This document shows, one piece after another, positions 30,806 to 39,174 of a DNA stretch of 64,000 nucleotides (positions within the stretch are counted from its first letter, which is position 1; every line of letters starts with the position of its first letter). The notes under the pieces were generated by a model. It made no database searches. It was not told where the DNA came from and saw nothing but the letters and a program-made list of their open reading frames with translations. The stretch is taken from positions 1,792,001-1,856,000 of the forward strand of contig CAVUDW010000003.1 of the NCBI GenBank assembly GCA_963740355.1, read 5' to 3'. Origin of the DNA: an uncultured Gemmatimonadaceae bacterium (GTDB taxonomy: Bacteria > Gemmatimonadota > Gemmatimonadetes > Gemmatimonadales > Gemmatimonadaceae). The translations under genes were made by a program, and so were the position numbers.

Positions 30806-33123
30806 AGGTTCTCGCGCAGGAAACGCGTCATCGCTTCGTAGAGGTGCACGGTGGTGTTTCCGCCGCTGATGGAGTGCGTGCGGTTCGGGTAGAACAGCTG
30901 CTGCAGGGGACGGTTGGCGCGGACCATCCGGTCGATCAGCTGTACGGAGTTCTGTGGATGCACGTTGTCGTCACCGGTGCCGTGGACGAGCAGGAACCGA
31001 GCCCGGATGCCGGCGACGGCGTTCTGCGGTGCGGTTTCCTGGTATGCGGGGCCGTTTTCCTGCGGCGTCCACATGAAGCGTTCAGTATAGATCGAATCGT
31101 ACAGGCGCCAATCGGTGACCGGGGCGACGGCGATCACCGCCTTGAAGAGGTCGCCTCCCTTGCCGGCCACCATCGCCGCCAGGTAGCCGCCGAAACTCCA
31201 TCCCCAGAACCCGATCCGCGACGCGTCGACCCATGACTGCTGGCCGAGCCACTTCGCGGCATCGATCTGGTCCTGCGTCTCTCGCAGGCCGAGGTGCAAC
31301 TGCGTCACCTTCCGGAAGTCGCGGCCGCGAAACGCGGCCCCGCGATTGTCCACCACCACCACGATGTAGCCCTGCTGCGCCAGCGACGCGTGCCAGAGAT
31401 ACCGCGCGCCGCCCCACTGATCGATGACCTGCGGCGCAGCCGGGCCGCCGTAGGCGTGCATCAGGACCGGATACTTTCTCGTGCTGTCGAAGCCCGGGGG
31501 CAACACCCGATATGCATCGAGGCGTGTGCCATCAGGCATGGGGACGGTGAAGAGCTGGGGCGGCTGGATGCCCTGCGCCGCAAGACGGCTCCGGAGTGCA
31601 CCGTTGTCAGTGAGTTCCTTGAGCTTCGTCATCCGCGGCAGCGCGTACAGCGAAACGACCGGCGGCACACCGAGACGCGAGTACGCATCGAAGACGAAGG
31701 TCGCGGTCGGGCTGATGAGCATCGCGTGTGATCCATCGCCAACGGTCAGGCGGTCGGCACGACGCCCATCGAGCGTCACGCGCATCAACTGCTGTTGCGT
31801 GGCCGTCGGAGCTGCGACCTGCACATACGCAGCCCCCGCCTTCTCGTCGATTGCCAACAGGTCGAGGACATCCATGCTGTCCTTCGTCACGCGCGTGACC
31901 AGGCGCCCATCACGACGATAGAGAAAGTACTGCTGCCAGCCGGTGCGATCGCTGCGCAGCAGGAATCGCTTGTGATCGGCGAGCCAGACGACTGGCTCAC
32001 CTTCGGAATTGACGTACGCCGAGTCGCGTTCGGTGACGATGATGCGTCCAGTGCCGGTGTTCGCGCTCACCAGCATCAGGTCCAGTTGCACCTGTCGCCG
32101 CGGGACACGCTGCACCGAGATCGAATCCGCATCGAGCCACTCGAGGCGCGTGATGTACTGCCCGGTATCGGGACCAACATCGAGCGGGTGTCGATTACTG
32201 CCGTCGGCACCGATGACGTGAATCGTGACGCGGGAATTTGCCTCGCCAGCCTTGGGATACCGCAGCGTCGACACCTTTGGGTAGACGCCCAGTTCATCGA
32301 CGATCGGCATGGCCGGCACGGCCGACTGATCGAAGCGCCAGAAGGCGATGCGCTTGCTATCCGGACTCCAGCGGAAGGCATCGCGAAGGCCGAGCTCCTC
32401 CTCGTACACCCAGTCGGTGGTGCCGTTGATGATGTCGTCGCTGCCGTCCGCAGTGAGTCGCGTCTCGGCGCCAGTGCGCAGATCCTTGACCCAAAGGTCG
32501 TTGGCACGTCCGTACGCGACCTTGCTGCCATCAGGCGAGAACTTCGCGAACATCTGCAGGTTCGGGTCTGACGCGCCACTTGCCAGCCCTGTCGCGAGAA
32601 AGCTTGGACCCACCGGTGGCCGCGACGCGACCGGGCCAGCCGCGCTGACGAGTGGCGTGACGGTCCTGGTGGCGAAATCCACCACGTGATAGAGGCCGCG
32701 TGTATTGGTGCGCCAGACGCGCACCGACGAGTGGAAGATCAACGCCTTCGATTCGTCCGGCGACAGCGTCACATCTTCGACATCGAGTGCTGCACCAGCG
32801 GCATCCTTGAGCACACCGACAGGGACCAACACCGTCTCTGCGCCGGTCACGGCATCGACCTTCACCAGCATCGTGCCGCCGATGTCGCTCTTCACGTTCA
32901 GGTAACTCCGCCCATCCTTCATCCACTGCACGAAGGGCAGGCCCTGCGCCATGAAGTCACGCGTGCGGAAGATTCGCTCGACGGTGAGTGATGGCGGGGC
33001 GGCGACCTGTGCGCGCATCGTCGGCGCGAGCGCTGTCGACAGGAGCAACACCGGCACGAGCAACGTCTGGGCGAAAACCGCGGGGGCACCACTGAGGCGT
33101 AGGGCTGGCTGCAGCGAGGGCAT
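30802..33123 (-). CDS. S9B dipeptidyl peptidase IV
   Basis: DWVYEEE, GWSFGG, DDNVH, RTHSI. Confidence 0.93.
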   Translation of the reverse strand: MPSLQPALRLSGAPAVFAQTLLVPVLLLSTALAPTMRAQVAAPPSLTVERIFRTRDFMAQGLPFVQWMKDGRSYLNVKSDIGGTMLVKVDAVTGAETVLVPVGVLKDAAGAALDVEDVTLSPDESKALIFHSSVRVWRTNTRGLYHVVDFATRTVTPLVSAAGPVASRPPVGPSFLATGLASGASDPNLQMFAKFSPDGSKVAYGRANDLWVKDLRTGAETRLTADGSDDIINGTTDWVYEEELGLRDAFRWSPDSKRIAFWRFDQSAVPAMPIVDELGVYPKVSTLRYPKAGEANSRVTIHVIGADGSNRHPLDVGPDTGQYITRLEWLDADSISVQRVPRRQVQLDLMLVSANTGTGRIIVTERDSAYVNSEGEPVVWLADHKRFLLRSDRTGWQQYFLYRRDGRLVTRVTKDSMDVLDLLAIDEKAGAAYVQVAAPTATQQQLMRVTLDGRRADRLTVGDGSHAMLISPTATFVFDAYSRLGVPPVVSLYALPRMTKLKELTDNGALRSRLAAQGIQPPQLFTVPMPDGTRLDAYRVLPPGFDSTRKYPVLMHAYGGPAAPQVIDQWGGARYLWHASLAQQGYIVVVVDNRGAAFRGRDFRKVTQLHLGLRETQDQIDAAKWLGQQSWVDASRIGFWGWSFGGYLAAMVAGKGGDLFKAVIAVAPVTDWRLYDSIYTERFMWTPQENGPAYQETAPQNAVAGIRARFLLVHGTGDDNVHPQNSVQLIDRMVRANRPLQQLFYPNRTHSISGGNTTVHLYEAMTRFLRENL

Positions 33124-33140
33124 GAACCGGGTCGTGAGCG

Positions 33141-33545
33141 TTATTTCGGGAGCGGCGGCATGCGACGCCCTTCCCCTTCGAGACGGAAGACGGCGATCGG
33201 CGATCGCCAGGCGGTCGAGTCGCGATCGCGATAGGCGGTGACGTACCAGCGGTAGTTCTGCGAGAGCGAATACTTCAACGAGTCCGGCACCGTGACCTGC
33301 GTGTCGGTCGTGACTGCCGTGAACAACGGCACCGCGACCGAGTCCGACACGACGACTTCATATCGTGAGATGCCGGGCGATGGATGCCACGCGATGCGGC
33401 GATCACCGACCTTCACGTATCCGATCGGCGATGCGAGGGCGACGGTCACGCCGTCCTTGCCGCTGGGAGTCGCGACTTGGTCGGCGGGTTTGCACGCAAC
33501 GAACAGGGTGAGCAGCAGCGGAACGACAGAGAGATTTCGGGACAT
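33141..33545 (-). CDS. Lipoprotein with Ig/FN3-like domain paralogous to the anti-sigma C-domain
   Basis: LFVAC lipobox; W.P...RY.V.V.D...P.F...YRWYV.A. Confidence 0.7.
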   Translation of the reverse strand: MSRNLSVVPLLLTLFVACKPADQVATPSGKDGVTVALASPIGYVKVGDRRIAWHPSPGISRYEVVVSDSVAVPLFTAVTTDTQVTVPDSLKYSLSQNYRWYVTAYRDRDSTAWRSPIAVFRLEGEGRRMPPLPK

Positions 33546-34718
33546 TCAGCGGCGACCGGGGCGCCGGGGTGATCTGGCTTTCGCCTTGGTGGTGGCGCTG
33601 CGCGTGGCAGGCTTCGATCGGGAGGCAGCGGGTGCGGAGACCCGTGCCGATGCAATGACGGGGACGCGGCCGAGCAGGAGCTGGCCGGCGATGGCATCAA
33701 CCGCGCGCGCCGTGTTGCTGAGCACGGCGGCCGCGCGCTGCCGCTGCGGGTCCATTGCGACGTAAGTCGAGAATCCCGCGGCGTCCTGCGCGTCGTGCCA
33801 GTAGATGTCGCGACCGTCGAGTGGCAGCACACGCCAGCCAAGTGCGACGGGAAGCGAGGAATCGGGACCCGGACTGCGAAGACGCATCATGAGAGCAAAC
33901 GTACTGGCCAACGGGCCATGGATGGTGTCGCTGGCAGCAGCGGCAAATCGTGTCAGGTCGACGACCGACCCGCTCCAACTCCCCTCGATGCGCGCCGCCG
34001 CCGGCACCGGGGTGCCGTTGGTGGCGTGCCCCACCGCGTCGCGGCCAGTCGCCGCACGCGTGGTCAGCAGGACCAGATCGGTGATCTCGAGGGGCCCCAG
34101 AATCCGGGACTGGATCGCCTGCGGCAGGGGCATCTTCAGGTGACGGGAGAGTGCCAGACCGAGGATGTCGATTCCAAGCTGCGAGAAGGCGTATTGGCTG
34201 CCGATGTCGAACCTGAGGGGCTGACTGCGGACCGCACGATCGATTCGCTCGACCGCCGTGGCGCCAGCCACACGCGGCGCATTGGGCAGACCGGAGCGGT
34301 GGAAGGCGAGATCACCAAGGGTGATGGCTCGGCCCCGACGGTTGGGCAGGCGAATCGGCGCCGGCAGGTAGCCCTGAGCCAGCGCATCGAGGGAGATCTC
34401 CCCCCGAACCACCATGTTGGCGAGGAGGGCCGCCGTCAGGACCGCGCCGGCCTCGCCCAGCTGGAACCGGGTGTCACCGGCGATCGGCGCGCCGCCTTTG
34501 GCTGCACTACCCGCAGCAGCGGTGCGGAAAGTGTCCCCTTCCCGCCATGCGGTAGCGATGCCGCGGAAGGTGCCGTCATTGACCCGTCGGATCAGGGCGG
34601 CCCGAACGGTCACCGGGTCGAGTGGTGGCGCGCTCTGTGCAGCACCAGTCCCCGGAAGCAGGCTGAACAGGAGACCTACGACCGGCAGGCAGCGGCGCGC
34701 CATGAACGTGGCGGTCAT
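33546..34718 (-). CDS. Beta-lactamase/serine hydrolase-fold protein lacking SxxK
   Basis: ITLGDLAFHRSGLP and RILGPL present; FQLGEAGA where SxxK is expected. Confidence 0.75.
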   Translation of the reverse strand: MTATFMARRCLPVVGLLFSLLPGTGAAQSAPPLDPVTVRAALIRRVNDGTFRGIATAWREGDTFRTAAAGSAAKGGAPIAGDTRFQLGEAGAVLTAALLANMVVRGEISLDALAQGYLPAPIRLPNRRGRAITLGDLAFHRSGLPNAPRVAGATAVERIDRAVRSQPLRFDIGSQYAFSQLGIDILGLALSRHLKMPLPQAIQSRILGPLEITDLVLLTTRAATGRDAVGHATNGTPVPAAARIEGSWSGSVVDLTRFAAAASDTIHGPLASTFALMMRLRSPGPDSSLPVALGWRVLPLDGRDIYWHDAQDAAGFSTYVAMDPQRQRAAAVLSNTARAVDAIAGQLLLGRVPVIASARVSAPAASRSKPATRSATTKAKARSPRRPGRR

Positions 34719-34862
34719 GCCAGGCAGGTCTCTCGGCAGAGGAGGGCGACGGTGCACGGTGTGTCCACGATTCATGCTAGCGGCGGCAGCGGTATGACGC
34801 AGCGGTGGGCCCCTCGGGCGCCCGACGCCATGTCGCTCGGTCAGTCATACATTACGTCCAAG

Positions 34863-37700
34863 ATGCGACGACTCCCCCGAGTGGTTTTTCCGTTGTGTGT
34901 CCTGCTGGCTGGATCGGCCACCGCGCTGGCCGCGCAAGCGCCGCTCCGGTCTCGCTGGCAGGATAGCCTGCCGCCGCGGGCGTTCTACCGACTCGCGGCC
35001 TTGGCCAAGCAGACCGACAGCGTCGAAGCGCGGTCCGCCGAGTGGCGGGCGTGGGCCGCCGCCGCACCAACCCAGGCCGCCCCGCGCCTCGCCCTGGCGA
35101 TGCTGTCTCGATTTGACTCGCGGTACGCCGACGCCGGCGCCTGGCTGGACAGCGCGACGCGTGTGGCCACGACGCCGGTCTGGCGGACGGCCGTGCTGCG
35201 CGAGCGGGTCGGCGCACTCCTCAGCCGCGGCGAATTCACCGGCGTGCGGGAGATGCTGCAGGGCATCGTGGCCGACAGCGCCTCGCTGCCGCAGGGTGAA
35301 TGGGCGGAGTCGAAGTTCGTGCGGCTGGCGTTCGAGCGGCGGACCCGTGGGCGCGTGACGCTGGCCGGGATCGACTCGGTGTCCAGCGCGACGCCGGCCA
35401 ACGACACGATTCTCCGTGCACGACTGGCGTGCCTGCGCGCGGTGGCGGATCGGCCACGCATGATGCAGCACGCGGAAGAAGCCATCGCACTGGCGACCGG
35501 CGCCAATGCCCTGTTCATCCGCGCGAACTGCGAACTGGTGGTCGGCTCGCTGTTGTCACAGGCCGGTGAAGTCGGCCAGGCGCTGCTGTGGTACCTGCGC
35601 GCGGAGGAGACGGCACGTACCGCGCGCGACTTCCCGACGCTGGCCGGTGCCCTGCAGTTGCACGGCTACACCCTTCGCACCGTCGGGTACATCCGCTCCT
35701 CGCGGATGCGCCTGACCGAGGCCATTCGCGTCGCGCAACGCATCGACGATCGCAACATCGAGGCGTGGTCGCTGCTCAACGTGGCCGCCACCGCGCGCCA
35801 GATCGGCGACGCCGCCACGATGAGCAGTGCCCTGCGCCGCGCACTGTTGCTGTTCGAGGCCACCGGCGACCGAATCGGCTACGAAGAGTCGCTGCTCGAA
35901 CAGGCGATGTCGTTCATCATGCTGGGCGACTTGGTGCAGGCGGAGAAAGTCGCAGTGCGCGGCCGGATCATGGGCGACTCGCTGGGCGTCCGGCAGATGG
36001 TCCTGCGGTCGCTCTACATGCAAAGTGACATCGCAGTGCGCACGGGTCGACTCGACGAAGCCACCACGCTGCTCGACTCGGCGAGCAAGGTGGTGACCAC
36101 GCTGGGCGAAGCGTGGCGCATGCAGTTGCAGGAGTATCGCGGCTTGCTGGCGTTGCGTCGCGGCAAGCAGGAAGATGCGATCCGCATCCTCGATGAGGTG
36201 AAGAAGGGGTATCTCGCCAACGGGCAGGACCTGTTCCGCTATGACGTGGACGGGGCGCTGGCGTTGGCCTGGCTGCAACTGGGTGATTCGGTGCGCGCCG
36301 AGCGCACACTGATCGAAGCCAATCGCGACCTCGATGCCGCGCGCGATTCGCTGGCCGAGAGTGGGCTGCGCAAGGTGCTGACGGCGGTGGATGCGTGGGG
36401 TGGCACGAACGGAAACGTGGACAAGGTGCTGGCGGCGTTCGTGCAATCGCCGAGATGGTTGCCGACCGTGTTCTCCGTGACCGAGCGCGCACGGTCTCGC
36501 GCGCTGCTGAACGGTGTGCTGGGTGCAGAGACGACGAGCGACTCCACCAGCATCAATGAAGCGCGGCGGCGCGTGCGGGCGGGGGCGTCGGTGTTGGCCG
36601 ATGTGCAGAAGTCGCTCAAGCCGACCACGGCGTTGCTCGTGTATGCTGGCGGAGGTGCGTCAGCACGAACCTCGCTGATGATCATCACGAACCGGAGCGC
36701 CCGCGGCATCACGCTGCCGCCAATGGATTCGCTCGATCGCGAGATCGTGCGCTGGCTGGCGCTGATGGAGAGTGGTGAAACCGGCGCTGGCGCGGGGCGA
36801 CAGGTGTCGTCGTCGGTGCTCTCGACGGCGCTGCGTGGCTTGCCGTCGAGCATCAAGCGATTGGTGATCGTTCCACATGGGCCGCTCTATCGCGTGCCGT
36901 TCCAGGCGCTGCCGGTCGGCAATGGTGTGTTGGGTGATCGCGCGGTCGTCACCATTTCGCCCTCGGTATCACTGGCGCTCGCCTACGCGGCGGAGCCACG
37001 CTCGGTACCCGCGCGGGTGCTGGCGCTGGGCGCGGGTGATACGGAGATCACGAGTGCCATACCGCAGTCGCTCGAGATCAACGTTGAACGGTCCGAACGC
37101 GGCAATCCGTTGGCACCGCTGCTGGCGGCGGCGGATGAAGCTCGTGCGGCGGCTGGTTGGGGCACGGAATCGCTGGCGCTGACCGGTGTCGATGCATCGG
37201 AGGCGGCGCTCAAGCGCGCGGCGCGCGGTCCATACACGGTGCTGCACGCTGCAGCGCACGCCCTCACCAGTGACCAGACGCTGGGCGCGAACTATCTCAT
37301 CCTGCGCGCCGACTCCAGCGACGACGGCTACGTGTCCGGCGGTGAACTGGCGCAGTTGAGTGTCGGTCGAGCGATGGTGGTGCTGTCAGGATGCCGAACC
37401 ACCGGCGACTTCGGTTCGCGCGGCGATGCCATCGATGGCCTGGTGGCGCCGTTGCTGGCGCGCGGGGTTCGCACCGTGGTGGCGAGCCACTGGGCCGTCA
37501 GCGATCGGTGGACGAAGGTGCTGATGGAGCGCTTCTATCAGCAACTCGCCGCCGGCGCGACGACGGCGGAGGCGATGAACACTGCGCAGACATCATTGCG
37601 ACGCGCTGGTGTGCCGGCGCGATTCTGGGCGGCGTTCAGCGTGATCGGTGACGGGGCGCTGACATTCTCACCGGTCACGCCTGTGGGCGGCGGGCGCTGA
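34863..37700 (+). CDS. Secreted TPR-CHAT (caspase-like) protease
   Basis: Signal peptide, TPR helices, ERARSRALL, LVIVPHGPL, VLHAAAHA (His), LSGCRT (Cys), SHWAVSD, FWAAF. Confidence 0.9.
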   Translation: MRRLPRVVFPLCVLLAGSATALAAQAPLRSRWQDSLPPRAFYRLAALAKQTDSVEARSAEWRAWAAAAPTQAAPRLALAMLSRFDSRYADAGAWLDSATRVATTPVWRTAVLRERVGALLSRGEFTGVREMLQGIVADSASLPQGEWAESKFVRLAFERRTRGRVTLAGIDSVSSATPANDTILRARLACLRAVADRPRMMQHAEEAIALATGANALFIRANCELVVGSLLSQAGEVGQALLWYLRAEETARTARDFPTLAGALQLHGYTLRTVGYIRSSRMRLTEAIRVAQRIDDRNIEAWSLLNVAATARQIGDAATMSSALRRALLLFEATGDRIGYEESLLEQAMSFIMLGDLVQAEKVAVRGRIMGDSLGVRQMVLRSLYMQSDIAVRTGRLDEATTLLDSASKVVTTLGEAWRMQLQEYRGLLALRRGKQEDAIRILDEVKKGYLANGQDLFRYDVDGALALAWLQLGDSVRAERTLIEANRDLDAARDSLAESGLRKVLTAVDAWGGTNGNVDKVLAAFVQSPRWLPTVFSVTERARSRALLNGVLGAETTSDSTSINEARRRVRAGASVLADVQKSLKPTTALLVYAGGGASARTSLMIITNRSARGITLPPMDSLDREIVRWLALMESGETGAGAGRQVSSSVLSTALRGLPSSIKRLVIVPHGPLYRVPFQALPVGNGVLGDRAVVTISPSVSLALAYAAEPRSVPARVLALGAGDTEITSAIPQSLEINVERSERGNPLAPLLAAADEARAAAGWGTESLALTGVDASEAALKRAARGPYTVLHAAAHALTSDQTLGANYLILRADSSDDGYVSGGELAQLSVGRAMVVLSGCRTTGDFGSRGDAIDGLVAPLLARGVRTVVASHWAVSDRWTKVLMERFYQQLAAGATTAEAMNTAQTSLRRAGVPARFWAAFSVIGDGALTFSPVTPVGGGR

Positions 37701-37766
37701 CGGTCGATATGGCGTTCGCCATGCGTTGACGCGTAGCGCTTTCGTCGTGCAGCGCAGCGCAAACCA

Positions 37767-37806
37767 GAAAGGGCCGGCACTCCATCATCGGAGGCCGGCC
37801 CTTCTT
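37767..37806. terminator. Terminator-like hairpin between convergent genes
   Basis: AAGGGCCGGC...GCCGGCCCTT stem. Confidence 0.6.
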
Positions 37807-37859
37807 CGTTCCTTGCACGTCATTCGCGTACATCGCTTCGCTTGTCGTGCCAAACGCGA

Positions 37860-38588
37860 TCAGCGTACCGTGAAGGAGTCGACTCGCGACCGGATTTCGC
37901 TGCGATCTGCCGCGCGAGCTCGCACATACCACCGGTACGTTCCCGGCTTGAGCGACTGGGCCGGCACCACGACTTCGCTCTTGTTGGTCTCGTTGGCGAA
38001 GACGGGTGCGTCGTTCACATCCAGGACTTCAATGCTGTAGCGGGCATCATCGCGCAGCGGCTTCCACCGGAGCGTGATCGGTGCCTTTGCCTCGACTGGC
38101 GGCACTGCCAGCAGTTCAACCGCTGACCCTGACGACCGGACTTCATCGCCCGCCTGCGGCAGGGTGTACACGTACCAACTGGTGCCTGCCACCAGCATCA
38201 GCGATGCGGCGAGCAGCAGCGGCTTGAGGCCGGAGAGTGCGTCGCGCCGGCGGGGGCCGATGGTCCCATCCACAAAGGCGCGCGGTGCGGCGGAGGGCGT
38301 TCGCTTGGCATCGAAGTATTCATCGGCACCAGCGAGCGACGACCGCGCAGCCACTACATGCGCCAAGGTCCGCGCCCCTTCCGGGCTGGCGAGCAATTGC
38401 TCGATCACCGCGAAACGCGCGTCATCATCGCTCTCGGCATCGGCCAGCGCATCGAGCGCGGCGTCGGCCGGGAGCGACTCAGGGGTTGAGACCCGTTCTG
38501 CGTCGCGCGCCCAGATGAACGCGTCGCGAAGCGGCGCGGGCATCGGGCCCGGATCACGTGGCAGTTGCAGGTCGTCCGAACTCGTCAT
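37860..38588 (-). CDS. Putative membrane anti-sigma factor with outer Ig-like domain
   Basis: ATGA overlap with ECF sigma; N-terminal helical domain, LLLAASLMLV TM, C-terminal beta domain. Confidence 0.75.
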   Translation of the reverse strand: MTSSDDLQLPRDPGPMPAPLRDAFIWARDAERVSTPESLPADAALDALADAESDDDARFAVIEQLLASPEGARTLAHVVAARSSLAGADEYFDAKRTPSAAPRAFVDGTIGPRRRDALSGLKPLLLAASLMLVAGTSWYVYTLPQAGDEVRSSGSAVELLAVPPVEAKAPITLRWKPLRDDARYSIEVLDVNDAPVFANETNKSEVVVPAQSLKPGTYRWYVRARAADRSEIRSRVDSFTVR

Positions 38589-39151
38589 TCCTCATTCCCC
38601 CATTCGATACCGCGCGCTACCAAATACTCGCGCAGGTCCGACAAACCACGATAGAGCAAGTTGCGGGTCTTGGCTTCACTCCACCCGAGCAACGCCTCGA
38701 TCTCATCCCGGCGATACCCTTCGAGGTGGAGCTTGACCACGGTACGTCGTGCAAGGCCGAGCGATTCCACACCGCTGCGAACCACCATCCCGAGCGACGC
38801 CGCCTCGACGTCGGCGTCGGGGCCAGGGCCAGGTGCAGGCAATGGCAGATCCTCGACCGGATCGTGCGTCGCCACGCGGCGGCGACGGCGCAGCAGATCC
38901 AGAACTGCCGTCGTGACCACGCGTTGGAGATAGGACGCGGACAGCTTCGAAATGTTCTCAGGCGTGCCGCACACCCGCCATAAACGGATGCGGACCTCCT
39001 GTTCAGCCTCGGTGATGTCGCTCGGCGGCAGCCGGTAGCGGGCACCCGTGGCCCGGATCGAGCCTGCGAACCGCCGGACGATATCGTCCAGCAGGGCCGA
39101 CAGTTCACGATCGTCCGGCGGCGCGGCGGCGAGGTCCATGCTGTCTTCCAT
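38585..39151 (-). CDS. ECF sigma-70 factor
   Basis: Region 2 EAEQEVRIRLW / LDLLRRRRR; region 4 EGYRRDEIEALLGWSEAKTRNLLYRG. Confidence 0.88.
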   Translation of the reverse strand: MEDSMDLAAAPPDDRELSALLDDIVRRFAGSIRATGARYRLPPSDITEAEQEVRIRLWRVCGTPENISKLSASYLQRVVTTAVLDLLRRRRRVATHDPVEDLPLPAPGPGPDADVEAASLGMVVRSGVESLGLARRTVVKLHLEGYRRDEIEALLGWSEAKTRNLLYRGLSDLREYLVARGIEWGNEE

Positions 39152-39174
39152 CGCCCCGTGGTTCAGTTCGGTAG

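Noticed and set aside
33795..34862. 356-aa N-terminal extension of the CHAT ORF (1301 aa in the track)
   Set aside because: Overlaps the antisense serine-hydrolase gene; the signal peptide begins at 34863
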